Shown: one piece after another, positions 38,701 to 47,070 of the stretch
Numbering within the stretch: the stretch's first letter is position 1
How the letters are laid out: each line of letters begins with the position of its first letter
Source of the DNA: Bacteroidota bacterium
Lineage (GTDB): Bacteria; Bacteroidota; Bacteroidia; CAIKAF01
Reading direction: 5' to 3'
Length of the DNA stretch: 64,000 nucleotides
NCBI GenBank assembly: GCA_023432985.1
Contig: JAEZEQ010000052.1
Coordinates: forward strand, 318-64,317
Program-made: the position numbers and the translations under genes
The notes under the pieces: model-generated
The model's database searches: none
What the model saw: only the letters and a program-made list of their open reading frames with translations
Told to the model about the DNA's origin: nothing

Positions 38701-40783
38701 CTATGGATCCGCGTTGAGGTTCTAAAACGAATTTTTCGGAAATGGTGGCCGAATTTTGGAATAAATCGCCCGAAAGGCAACTATTGGCTATGATGACCGG
38801 ATATTTCCCATTATTATCGTAATCGCCCGGATCTTCTATATTATTGTCGAAACCACTTCCCGATGCATGCCCGAAAAATGTCATAATAGACACACCCTCA
38901 TTTATTAAATATCGTATACTGTCTGAAACAGAAAGAGGATAGGGGGCATTGGAAGATTTTCCGAAAAAATAAGTATATCCAACCATACTCGAATCCTCCC
39001 AATGCGAAGCATAATCGTCAAGAAATGCTTTGAATTGATTTTGTTCGGACTGACTATTTCCGCCCGCAAAATGCATGGCCTTTTTATTCCATTCTGCTAC
39101 TCTGTTCTGTTCGTGCTGCTGCACTTTATATAAATAATTGCGTACATCCTGTCCGTCTCTCGCCGCTAAACGTCCTATTGCCGTATGATGCTGAGGCTGG
39201 ACTCCCGGAAGGTATACATAATGATGGTCGGACGGAGGATAACCCATAGCCGGAATAATGTTCAATGCCGCTGTGGCAGGGTTCAGACGTACTACGTCGG
39301 GATAATAGGATTTGCCTATTAAAAATATATGACGGGGTTTTATTTCCCATTTCTCGCGTGCAAATCGGAAAAAATAATAAATTCCCATAGGATGATTTGT
39401 CATCCCATAGCCAAATTGATCATATAATTCGCGTACATCTAATACAAGAGGCGTATGTCCGGTTAAACTTCTGTAATCGGCATATTCCAAGGCTTCTTGC
39501 CATAGGGCAGAGGCGCTTATAATCAGATAATCGCGGTTGGCATACTGACTGCCTAAATCTCTGAATTTACCCGGCTCAGCTTGTCCCGAAGAACGAACCG
39601 GCTCAATCTGGTTTACTTTAATGGTCGAACTGTCGCTGAATATAAAACATTTTTTTTCGGATATAGATCCGTTAGCCATAACCACTCTATAATTATTGGC
39701 CCCCGTATTTTGTAATAGCATGCGCTTTTGATTCGATAAATCATATATATAAGCGCTTGTTCCATTCGCATTAAATCCGCTTAATTGCAAGGTATATTTA
39801 GACTGAGTCGGATTGTTGGGTATATACATAGTCTGCGCAGTCCTATTGCCCAATTGATACAATTGCGGAATCCATAAATCGGAATACATCAACGCATTTC
39901 GAGTGGAGGGACTGCCCGTAGAGGGACTAAACACGATTTCGTAAACAAAATTGGCCGAAATTAAATCGGCTGCAGGAATAGAAAAAGTATGCTTTAAAAA
40001 TGAAAAATCATAAAATGAAGTGTCTATGGTTGCCGATCCAAAACGAATAAAATGGTTGTGATCGAAACTGAGCGCATTGGAATTGGGATTGGATGCGCCG
40101 GCAGCCCACACCTGCAAACGAGCCGTTGGGCCGCCCGTATAAATATTATTTTTCAATTGGTTGTATTGCCCTGTCCAAGGCTGATTGACAGAACTTGTAC
40201 CCGTATAAATATTTCCTAATCCTTCTCCTTCCTGATACAAACCCTGTTTTTGAAAGCCCTGATAAAAAGCTCCTTCTACATATTGATTTCTATAGCCCTG
40301 CTCAACCCGAGCCGTATAATAGGGCGAAGTTTGATAGGATGAAAAATTAAGGTCAATTTCGGTCTGATAACGCAAGCCCGGCTGAATACCTATAGTAAGA
40401 AAATAATAGGCCGTGTCGCTAAATAAATTAACGGCCGGATTGGCAACCGAACTCGAAAAATATAGAAGTGAATCTATACGTCCGTCGTTTCTTTCTCCAT
40501 AAAATTCAATATAATCGCCCGTATTAAATACCTGATCTGCTTCACCGAAAATAAATAAAGGCACCTGTTTGCCGCGATAAAATAATTGAAAAAATCGGGG
40601 ATCTCCGTTTATGGGAAATCCCGATGCATTTAATACACTATGCGAAATGCGATGCATTCCTTCGCTGTGTACCGGAATTTTATAATAGACTTGATCATAT
40701 CGAATCCATTCGTTTCCAAATGTTTGAGCATAATTGGTCAGCCCGTGAATTAGAAGAAGAAAAATGGGAATTAATTTTTTCAT
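35765..40783 (-). CDS. Gingipain/C25-family sortase-like giant protein with T9SS type A C-terminal domain (PorU-paralogue, PorU2-like)
   Basis: 1672 aa, signal peptide MKKLIPIFLLLIHGLTNYAQ. Central C25 catalytic dyad context: FFGHASGSG (His639, codon 38867-38869) and IANSCLSG (Cys669, codon 38777-38779). CARDB-like segment (LVVKNLGRSISDSIRIEIV). The C-terminal NYPNPFSTSTRFVFTL ... GVYFYRV is a Por secretion tail. ATGA overlap with the upstream barrel gene. Confidence 0.75.
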   Translation of the reverse strand: MKKLIPIFLLLIHGLTNYAQTFGNEWIRYDQVYYKIPVHSEGMHRISHSVLNASGFPINGDPRFFQLFYRGKQVPLFIFGEADQVFNTGDYIEFYGERNDGRIDSLLYFSSSVANPAVNLFSDTAYYFLTIGIQPGLRYQTEIDLNFSSYQTSPYYTARVEQGYRNQYVEGAFYQGFQKQGLYQEGEGLGNIYTGTSSVNQPWTGQYNQLKNNIYTGGPTARLQVWAAGASNPNSNALSFDHNHFIRFGSATIDTSFYDFSFLKHTFSIPAADLISANFVYEIVFSPSTGSPSTRNALMYSDLWIPQLYQLGNRTAQTMYIPNNPTQSKYTLQLSGFNANGTSAYIYDLSNQKRMLLQNTGANNYRVVMANGSISEKKCFIFSDSSTIKVNQIEPVRSSGQAEPGKFRDLGSQYANRDYLIISASALWQEALEYADYRSLTGHTPLVLDVRELYDQFGYGMTNHPMGIYYFFRFAREKWEIKPRHIFLIGKSYYPDVVRLNPATAALNIIPAMGYPPSDHHYVYLPGVQPQHHTAIGRLAARDGQDVRNYLYKVQQHEQNRVAEWNKKAMHFAGGNSQSEQNQFKAFLDDYASHWEDSSMVGYTYFFGKSSNAPYPLSVSDSIRYLINEGVSIMTFFGHASGSGFDNNIEDPGDYDNNGKYPVIIANSCLSGDLFQNSATISEKFVLEPQRGSIAFMSAVGYSLTLPGFHISKNWYKNISRDLYGESIGMALQKSINDLYISNPGFFDRINYLDFSIHGDPAIKILSWPKPDLVILESDVKHSPQIISTDLDSFDLHLVVKNLGRSISDSIRIEIVRDFPKDGVANAIYSLVQAPIQFSDSMRIRIPVDALKGQGNNIFTITVDPGNFIDEMNEFNNVVVKNIQINSSDILPVYPYEFAVVPKANTHLKAITGDLFAPIRNYKLEIDTSALFASPWKKDTVITQSGGILHWYPQLNMADSTVFYWRTGVDTSGNMEFGKWKKSSFQYIQNKRGWGQADFPQFENNQFTYLEYDKPNREFDFITNRKQLKVTTIGGATAAQSIECKIDLDGILVEYGGCTTTPGIYVAVIDPITLQPWVTSCPNSPGVNLNQYNQCSTCRNRSEGYFVFPNNATYRNHLRNALENLIPDGFYIVAYTMFQTNFSVFSPTELNAFINLGADSIQDLAANGSNLPYIFFTRKGYPNSTREVVGQNPNAQISLSVDLENDWIFGTMDSPLIGPASRWDYLRFFQKPYEFPNLDSVSVSLIGYSGNQETVLIPELLPVPGEVFNLDNIVDAQQYPYVKLRFFTRDDSIRTPAQLRFWHILYEGVPEIALNPSRGHVFHADTLTQGQNISWIMPIENIGDYGVDSLIVKHQIFSSSNNQTQNFYKKGKGLQVNEWKLDTFEISNYAYPYLNSLKIEANPLDRNDRFLEQLHFNNIAERIFYTDKDRINPILDVTFDGVRIMDGDIVSARPNILIQLKDENPLMLLDDTSSFELFLKYPGSQTLYPIALHGSDIQFFPATNSKNNARLEYRPDFTMADGEYQLLLRGRDKSNNYSGQGDGTYDYKIRFQVIQQSSITHVFNYPNPFSTSTRFVFTLTGSEIPSFFKIQIFNINGVIVKEIMLDELGHIHIGDNITDYAWDGTDMFGNRLASGVYFYRVITEINGESIEKRSTVADSFFKKGFGKMYLMR
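35768..36010 (-). other. T9SS type A C-terminal sorting domain of the C25-like protein
   Basis: The last ~80 aa contain NYPNPF-x-ST-x-F ... IQIFNINGVIVKEI ... GVYFYRV. This pattern is typical of TIGR04183-type CTDs. Confidence 0.7.
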
Positions 40784-41871
40784 TCTGTTTTCTTTTTACC
40801 CGATTTTATATTAAGCCCCACCCTAAGCGAAAAAACGTGACTAAACAAGAAGGTACTTTGATTTCCCAAAGAAGCCAATGCATAGTCTATATATACGGTT
40901 TTAATTCTGAATCCGGCTCCAATATTGGGTTTAACCAACCAAACCTGTTTGGTTCCATCCCCGTTGCTGCGTTGAAATTGGCCGACTCCACCGCGAATAA
41001 ATACGATATCTTTATAACCCAATTCCATGCCTATACGCAAATCCATACTCATGGGATTTCCGGCTAATACCACATTTCTTTTTCCGTCTGTGGTCAGCAC
41101 TATATCCACGGCAGGACGCATAAAGAAGCGTTCTTTTTTGTCGAACCATTGTTTGTAGGAAACACCGGTGATTATTGAAGGCAAAGCCATTTCGGAACTT
41201 TTACGCAAAATCTCATTTCCGGTGAGCGCAAAAACATCTTCAAAGCTTTCTGTATTGTATGAAAAATGGGTAACAGTGGTCGATATATCTTTAAAAACCA
41301 TAGAGGCTGTCAGATTTTTATAAGCATAGTGTAAGCCGGCATCTATGCCAAAACCCCAACCTTTTCCGAAGGGACCTATATTTCGATGAAGTACTTTTAA
41401 TGTGGCACCTACGCTCAATCCCTTCACCGGCAATTGACGTGCAAAAGCTCCCATAAAAGCATAATCGGCAACCGAAAATTTGGTAATGCGGTCGTAACGA
41501 ACCCGTCCGTCATTGTCAATCAACTCGAGCGTATTGGGAATATTATCTACCCCGCTTCGAATCATCCCAAACGAAATGGCACTTTTTTCACCGGCTTTGA
41601 TGGCAATTGATCCAAAATCATATTTTACCATGCCCCCGAAATGCTCATTATGCATTAAGGCTATGTCGAGCTTGGTTTGAATACGACTTAATGAAGCTGG
41701 ATTCCAATAAATAGCAGTGGCATCATCCGCTAAAGTGGAATAGGCATTACTCATAGCTATGGCACGGGCATTTACACCAATATCCAAATAAGCATTGGTG
41801 TAGGTGTTGGTTTGTCCCAACACAAAAAAGGGGCTAAGTCCTAACAGGGACAAGGTGAATAGAGGTTTCAA
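40780..41871 (-). CDS. PorV/PorQ-family (FadL-like) T9SS outer-membrane beta-barrel protein (PorV2-like)
   Basis: N-terminal motif YLDIGVNARAIAMSNAYSTLADDATAIYWNPASL resembles the PorV/PorQ signature (ARA.AMG.A.. A.D..A..WNPA). Alternating beta-strand pattern throughout. The preferred start is the TTG at 41871, giving MKPLFTLSLLGLSPFFVLGQ, because a -7 box sits at 41891-41898. The ORF-track model starts at the TTG at 41913. Confidence 0.7.
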   Translation of the reverse strand: MKPLFTLSLLGLSPFFVLGQTNTYTNAYLDIGVNARAIAMSNAYSTLADDATAIYWNPASLSRIQTKLDIALMHNEHFGGMVKYDFGSIAIKAGEKSAISFGMIRSGVDNIPNTLELIDNDGRVRYDRITKFSVADYAFMGAFARQLPVKGLSVGATLKVLHRNIGPFGKGWGFGIDAGLHYAYKNLTASMVFKDISTTVTHFSYNTESFEDVFALTGNEILRKSSEMALPSIITGVSYKQWFDKKERFFMRPAVDIVLTTDGKRNVVLAGNPMSMDLRIGMELGYKDIVFIRGGVGQFQRSNGDGTKQVWLVKPNIGAGFRIKTVYIDYALASLGNQSTFLFSHVFSLRVGLNIKSGKKKTE

Positions 41872-41890
41872 ACAGTTTGGTAACTTGCTA

Positions 41891-41898
41891 CAAATGTA
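41891..41898 (-). promoter_or_regulatory. Candidate -7 box (TACATTTG on the minus strand) for the porV2/porU2-like operon
   Basis: Plus-strand CAAATGTA, 19 nt upstream of the TTG at 41871 and inside the longer ORF model. Confidence 0.4.
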
Positions 41899-42009
41899 GG
41901 AAAGAATTACCAAATTACAAGCATAGAAGACTTAATTAATTCCCCCATATGGCTTTGCTTTTTTGATTTTCTTGAAGCTATATCAACCTATATTTTTATC
42001 TTCGCTGCC

Positions 42010-43131
42010 ATGGCTGTAATGCATATTGTTTCGTTTAATATTCCATTTCCTCCCGATCAGGGCGGATTGATAGACGTATATGCCAAAGTGAAATCGCTTA
42101 AAGCAGCCGGAGTCGAAATTATTTTTCATGCGTTTACCTATAATCGATACTCGGCAGATGCCTTAAAAGAATTGTGCAAAGAAGTACATCTTTATCCGCG
42201 TAAAAAATCGGCCGGAAGCCTGCTTTCGCCTATACCCTTCATTGTGCGCAGTCGAGATGCAGCCGATTTATGGACACGCATAAATGCCGATGATTATCCG
42301 GTTTTACTGGAAGGACTGCACAGTTGTTATGGACTCTTTAGGGATAAAATCAGAAAAGATAAAGAGGTCTGGGTGCGTACACATAATATAGAACATGCCT
42401 ATTATGAAGGTTTGGCAAAAGCCGAAGGGAAGTTATGGAAGAAGCTTTTCTTTTATACAGAAGCGTGGAAATTAAAGAAATTCGAAAAAGTTTTACAAAA
42501 GGCAAATGGGATTTTTTGCATTGCAGAAAGCGAGAAAAACCATTATTCGAAATGGAATAAAAGGGTGGAATGGATATCTGCATTTCATATGCAAAATAAG
42601 GTAAGCTCGCCATCGGGTAAAGGGAAATATGCCTTTTACCACGGCAGTCTGGATGTGGCAGAGAATAATAAAGCCGCCCTATGGTTGCTCGATGAAGTAT
42701 TTCAAAAATCCCGGATTCCGCTCATTATAGCCGGAAATAATCCCTCGAAATTGCTGCAAAAACGTTGCAAAGAAATGCCACATATAAGCCTTAAGTCGGG
42801 ATTAACATATAGCGAAATGCAGGAACTCATCAAAGAGGCTCATGTGCATGTATTGCCTACTTTTCAGAATACAGGTGTAAAGCTGAAATTATTGCATGCC
42901 CTTTTTCAGGGTAGATTTTGTTTGGTTAATACCCCAATGGTAGAAGGTACCGGTTTGGAATCTTATTGCAGAGTAGCAAATAATGCCGATGATTTTAGAA
43001 ATGCATTGGAAGAATTGATGACAAAAAATTTCGATCAAAGCGAAATAGAAAAAAGAAGAGAACTGGAAAACAGTGCCTTTTCGAATAAGACAAATGCTGC
43101 GAAAATTATTTCTGCGCTACGGCTTCACTAA
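42010..43131 (+). CDS. Glycosyltransferase (GT-B fold, GT4-like)
   Basis: 373 aa. N-terminal MHIVSFNIPFPPDQGGLIDVY. The C-terminal half carries an E-x7-E-like region (EAHVHVLPTFQNTGVKLKLLHAL) typical of retaining GT-B enzymes. Confidence 0.65.
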   Translation: MAVMHIVSFNIPFPPDQGGLIDVYAKVKSLKAAGVEIIFHAFTYNRYSADALKELCKEVHLYPRKKSAGSLLSPIPFIVRSRDAADLWTRINADDYPVLLEGLHSCYGLFRDKIRKDKEVWVRTHNIEHAYYEGLAKAEGKLWKKLFFYTEAWKLKKFEKVLQKANGIFCIAESEKNHYSKWNKRVEWISAFHMQNKVSSPSGKGKYAFYHGSLDVAENNKAALWLLDEVFQKSRIPLIIAGNNPSKLLQKRCKEMPHISLKSGLTYSEMQELIKEAHVHVLPTFQNTGVKLKLLHALFQGRFCLVNTPMVEGTGLESYCRVANNADDFRNALEELMTKNFDQSEIEKRRELENSAFSNKTNAAKIISALRLH

Positions 43132-43789
43132 TCACCCCGCCATTGCAAATAATGGTGCGGGATGGATAAGAGCGAATAAGGTCATAGTCGTGCGTGGCCA
43201 AAATAACACTGGTGTCTTTTTGAGCAATTTGTACCAATAACCTAAGAATCTCATTCGAAGTTTCCGGATCCAGATTTCCTGTCGGCTCATCGGCAAGGAT
43301 AAGTCCGGGATCGTTCAGTAAAGCCCGCGCAATAACTATTCTCTGCTGCTCTCCACCCGATAATTCAGATGGATATTTATGCCATTTCGATTTCAGATGC
43401 ACACTGTCTAAAGCCGATTCTATACGAGATTTTATCTCATTTTTATCTTTAACACCTGTGGCTTTTAAAACAAATTCCAGATTCTCGGAAACCGTACGAT
43501 CGCTCAATAATTTAAAATCTTGAAATACAATCCCAATCTTTCTTCTGAAATAAGGAATATCTTTAGACCTCATTTTTTCCAATTGAAATCCCTCTACCAT
43601 ACCACTTCCTTTTATCAGAGGCAATTCGCCGTATAAGGTTTTAAGCAGAGAACTTTTACCACTGCCGGTTTTTCCGACCATATAAACGAATTCCCCCGGT
43701 TTGATGGTGAGGTTTACATTTTTTAAAACCAAATTATTATCCTGATAAATATCGGCATCCTTAATTTCAACTCTGTTATTTGATTCCAT
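43106..43789 (-). CDS. ftsE: Cell-division ABC ATPase FtsE
   Basis: The ATG at 43789 gives a 227-aa protein. Walker [10 protein letters not shown], signature LSGGEQQR, Walker [12 protein letters not shown]. The ORF-track start at 43939 adds 50 non-homologous residues. Confidence 0.8.
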   Translation of the reverse strand: MESNNRVEIKDADIYQDNNLVLKNVNLTIKPGEFVYMVGKTGSGKSSLLKTLYGELPLIKGSGMVEGFQLEKMRSKDIPYFRRKIGIVFQDFKLLSDRTVSENLEFVLKATGVKDKNEIKSRIESALDSVHLKSKWHKYPSELSGGEQQRIVIARALLNDPGLILADEPTGNLDPETSNEILRLLVQIAQKDTSVILATHDYDLIRSYPSRTIICNGGVISEAVAQK

Positions 43790-43974
43790 CTTAATGATTT
43801 TTAACGCACATGGCATATTGAATGATTGCGGTAACTGCGTTAACAAAGGTGTGATTTTTTTTAGTAGCGGCAGCGAATACCCGGAAATAATTATTAAGGA
43901 TGCAACGTTGAAAAAATGCCTTAAGAACAGACTTTTCATAGGAACATTGGGCGTACTTTTATATCGGAGAAAAA

Positions 43975-46900
43975 ATGTTTTCTACTTTTTTTGAATTCAG
44001 TATGACAAATAAAAACAATAAGGTTCGGCTCATTTTTTTACAAGGTCTTTTCTTGCTTAGTTTGTCGTTGACAGCTCAGCAAAGTCACGTTTTTGTTGAA
44101 AAGGACAGGACCTATAAGGAAGCGGTAGAATTGTTTCAGAAAGAAAAATATGCAGCCGCATATACGCTTTTTGATGCGGTAATTGTGGATAAAGACTATG
44201 AGCTGGCAGCGGTGAAAGCGGATGCTCATTATTATAAAGCCGTTGCAGCAACGGAATTATTTTACCAAAATGCCGATGGATTGCTTAAGGATTTTATAAG
44301 AAGCTTCCCCGAAAGTCCCCTCGTTAGCAATGCCTATTTTCATTTGGGTAAGGTGTATTTTCGCACGAAAAAATGGAAGTATGCGGTTGCTTCTTTCGAA
44401 AAAGTGAACGAGAATACACTCAGTAAACAAGAATGGTATGAATACTATTACAAATCGGGATATAGTTATTTCGAACAAGGAAAATCGGATGCAGCATTGC
44501 GTCAGTTTACCAAAATAAAAGATGCCGAAAGTGTGTATAGAGTGCCGGCAACCTATTATTATGCGCATATACAATATGAGAAAAAAAATTGGAAAGAAGC
44601 CTTGCATGCTTTCAAATCTATAGAAAATGAAAAAGCATTTAAGGGATTGATTCCATATTATATAGTTCAGATTTATTATCTGCAGGATAAATACGATGAG
44701 GTAATAAGCTATGCCACACCCATTGCCGATACGGTGCAAGGGAAAAATGCCGTGCACGTAAATCGAATTTTGGCCGAGAGTTATTACAATACAAAACGAT
44801 ATGACGAAAGTTTGACATACTATGCACGTGCAAGTGAAAACTCGGACCTGGACCGATTGGGGAATTACCGCTATGGAACGGCATTATTTATGGCCCAAAA
44901 ATACAATGAAGCTTCGGACAGATTGAAGCGTACGGTTACAGAAGATGATTCTCTATCTCAGAATGCGTATAATCTGATTGCCAATAGTGCCTATAATCTG
45001 GGCGACAAACGTAAGGCAGCCGATGCATTTAAAATGGTATATAAATTAAATTTCGATCGGGATTTGGCCGAAGAAGCTTTGTTTAACTTTGCCAAACTGA
45101 GTTATGAGATCGATTACGACCCCTATAATGAGGCCGTAAAAGCGTTGAGAGATTATTTGGATGTATATCCCAATAGCAAAAAAGCGGATGAGGCTTATGT
45201 TTTTCTGGTGGAAGTATTTATGACCGTGAAGAATTATAAAGATGCACTGGAGACCATAGATAAGATTAAGAAGAAGGATAAGAAACTGAGCATGGCTCGT
45301 CAGCGTGTGGCCTTTTTATATGGGGTTCAGTTTTTTGAAAGCGGCAAATATGCCGATGCCATTCGTTATTTCAACCAAGCCGGTATACCGGATGGAAATC
45401 CGACCATTTTGGCACAAAGTATATTCTGGACAGCCGAATCCTATTATCGCCTGGGCCGCAGTGAAGATGCCGAGGAGGGTTTCAAGGAATTCCTCACTAC
45501 GAATGGAGCAGCTTCCAGTGGCTTATTATACGATGCCTATTATAATCTGGGCTATATTTATTTCAAAAAGAAAAAATACAATGAGGCCGGATTGGAATTC
45601 AGAAAATTTGCCGATAATAAAAGTCCCCAGGATCTTACTTTAGTTGCCGATGCCTACAACCGTGCCGGCGATTGTTATTATGCCCAAAGTGAATGGTCTA
45701 AAGCTATGCTTTATTACGATAAAGCCTGGGCTTTAAAAAAGGCAGACCCCGATTATGCTCTGTTGCAAAAAGCAACCATTTTGGGTATACAAAACAAACA
45801 TGATGAGAAATTTCTTGCTTTGCAAAACTTGCGCAGCTCCTATCCATCTTCTGTATATATTTCTGAAGCCATATACGAAATGGGCGTAGCGCGTCAAAGT
45901 GCGGGCAATAAATCCGAAGCATTGCCTTATTTTAAGGAGGTAATAGATAAATACGGAAATGGTCCTTTTGCCAAGCTGGCCTATCTGAAAATGGGATTAC
46001 ATTATTATAACCTCGATGCTTATGATGAAGCAGTGGCTTATTATAAACCGGTTCTACAAAAATTTCCGGGGAGTATAGAAGCTCAGGAAGCCGAAAAATA
46101 TTTGAAGTTTATTTATATAGATCAGAATAAGCTCGATGAGTATACCGATTTAATGCGCAGCATCAGCGGCATGAGTTATAACGAAGCTTCTTTGGATAGC
46201 GTAGCATTCCGTGCCGGAGAGAATAAGTTTCTGGCTAAAGATTTCGATGGAGCCTTATTGAATCTGAATCAGTATATACAAAAATTCCCTCAGGGCCTAT
46301 TCCTAATCAACGCCTATTATTATAGAGCAGAGGCTTTGCTTGCTTTAAAACGCGAGAAAGAAGCCTTCCCGGATTATGCCTTATTGGTAAGTCGTGCCCC
46401 AAACCCATATGCAGATTTAGCTTCACAAAGGGCTTCAGATATTGCATTTGAAGAAAAGGACTGGGAAAAAACACGATATTATTCTTATTTAAATGAGAAA
46501 TCAGCAACCAATTCCCAAATTTTACAATCGAGTATAGAGCGTATATTATTGGCAGAATATGAATTAAAAAACTTTGATGCCGCTGCTCTATATGCCGAAA
46601 AGGTTTATAATTCCGACAAAAGTGCGAAGGAAGTTAAAGAATATGCGGCCTTACTAAAAGCGCGAAGCGAAATGGAGAGGGGACAGTTTAGTGAAGCCGA
46701 AATTTGGTGGAATAAAATCAGAAATCAACCCAACCTCCACGGTGCCGAAGCCAAATACCGTATTTATCGATTTATGTTGGAAAGGGGAGAATATGAAAAG
46801 CTTGAAAAAAGAATATTATCCGATGTCAACAGTCTTTCGGCCTATGGAAAATGGATGGGAAAATCCTTTATTATTTTGGGTGAAGTATATGCTAAGCTCG

Positions 46901-47067
46901 ATAATTTCGACCAAAGTAAGGCCACCCTTCAGTCTGTAATCGACAATGCCGATGAGGGAGAAATTGTAGAGGAAGCTCGCCTGAAGCTGGAGGAAGTGAA
47001 TGCATGGGAGCGATTGAAAAATCAGCCTGTGAACAATGCGTTTCAATTTGATTTAAACGGAAATTAA
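43975..47067 (+). CDS. Large tetratricopeptide-repeat (TPR) secreted protein
   Basis: About 1020-1030 aa. Signal peptide (MTNKNNKVRLIFLQGLFLLSLSLTAQ if the start is at 44002). Many TPR-like units (A.Y..G..YY....Y..A...F). The start is either ATG 43975 or ATG 44002. Confidence 0.75.
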   Translation: MFSTFFEFSMTNKNNKVRLIFLQGLFLLSLSLTAQQSHVFVEKDRTYKEAVELFQKEKYAAAYTLFDAVIVDKDYELAAVKADAHYYKAVAATELFYQNADGLLKDFIRSFPESPLVSNAYFHLGKVYFRTKKWKYAVASFEKVNENTLSKQEWYEYYYKSGYSYFEQGKSDAALRQFTKIKDAESVYRVPATYYYAHIQYEKKNWKEALHAFKSIENEKAFKGLIPYYIVQIYYLQDKYDEVISYATPIADTVQGKNAVHVNRILAESYYNTKRYDESLTYYARASENSDLDRLGNYRYGTALFMAQKYNEASDRLKRTVTEDDSLSQNAYNLIANSAYNLGDKRKAADAFKMVYKLNFDRDLAEEALFNFAKLSYEIDYDPYNEAVKALRDYLDVYPNSKKADEAYVFLVEVFMTVKNYKDALETIDKIKKKDKKLSMARQRVAFLYGVQFFESGKYADAIRYFNQAGIPDGNPTILAQSIFWTAESYYRLGRSEDAEEGFKEFLTTNGAASSGLLYDAYYNLGYIYFKKKKYNEAGLEFRKFADNKSPQDLTLVADAYNRAGDCYYAQSEWSKAMLYYDKAWALKKADPDYALLQKATILGIQNKHDEKFLALQNLRSSYPSSVYISEAIYEMGVARQSAGNKSEALPYFKEVIDKYGNGPFAKLAYLKMGLHYYNLDAYDEAVAYYKPVLQKFPGSIEAQEAEKYLKFIYIDQNKLDEYTDLMRSISGMSYNEASLDSVAFRAGENKFLAKDFDGALLNLNQYIQKFPQGLFLINAYYYRAEALLALKREKEAFPDYALLVSRAPNPYADLASQRASDIAFEEKDWEKTRYYSYLNEKSATNSQILQSSIERILLAEYELKNFDAAALYAEKVYNSDKSAKEVKEYAALLKARSEMERGQFSEAEIWWNKIRNQPNLHGAEAKYRIYRFMLERGEYEKLEKRILSDVNSLSAYGKWMGKSFIILGEVYAKLDNFDQSKATLQSVIDNADEGEIVEEARLKLEEVNAWERLKNQPVNNAFQFDLNGN

Positions 47068-47070
47068 ACC

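Noticed and set aside
40624-41067. 147-aa plus-strand ORF spanning the PorV2-like/PorU2-like junction.
   Set aside because: It is antisense to two overlapping genes that have clear homology. Its sequence has no motifs and no upstream -7 box.
43790-44001. 212-nt divergent spacer between ftsE and the TPR gene, as a possible sRNA or riboswitch locus.
   Set aside because: There is only an imperfect -7-like box (TACTTTTA, 43954-43961). I could fold no conserved-looking structure or terminator. It is most simply a pair of divergent promoters.
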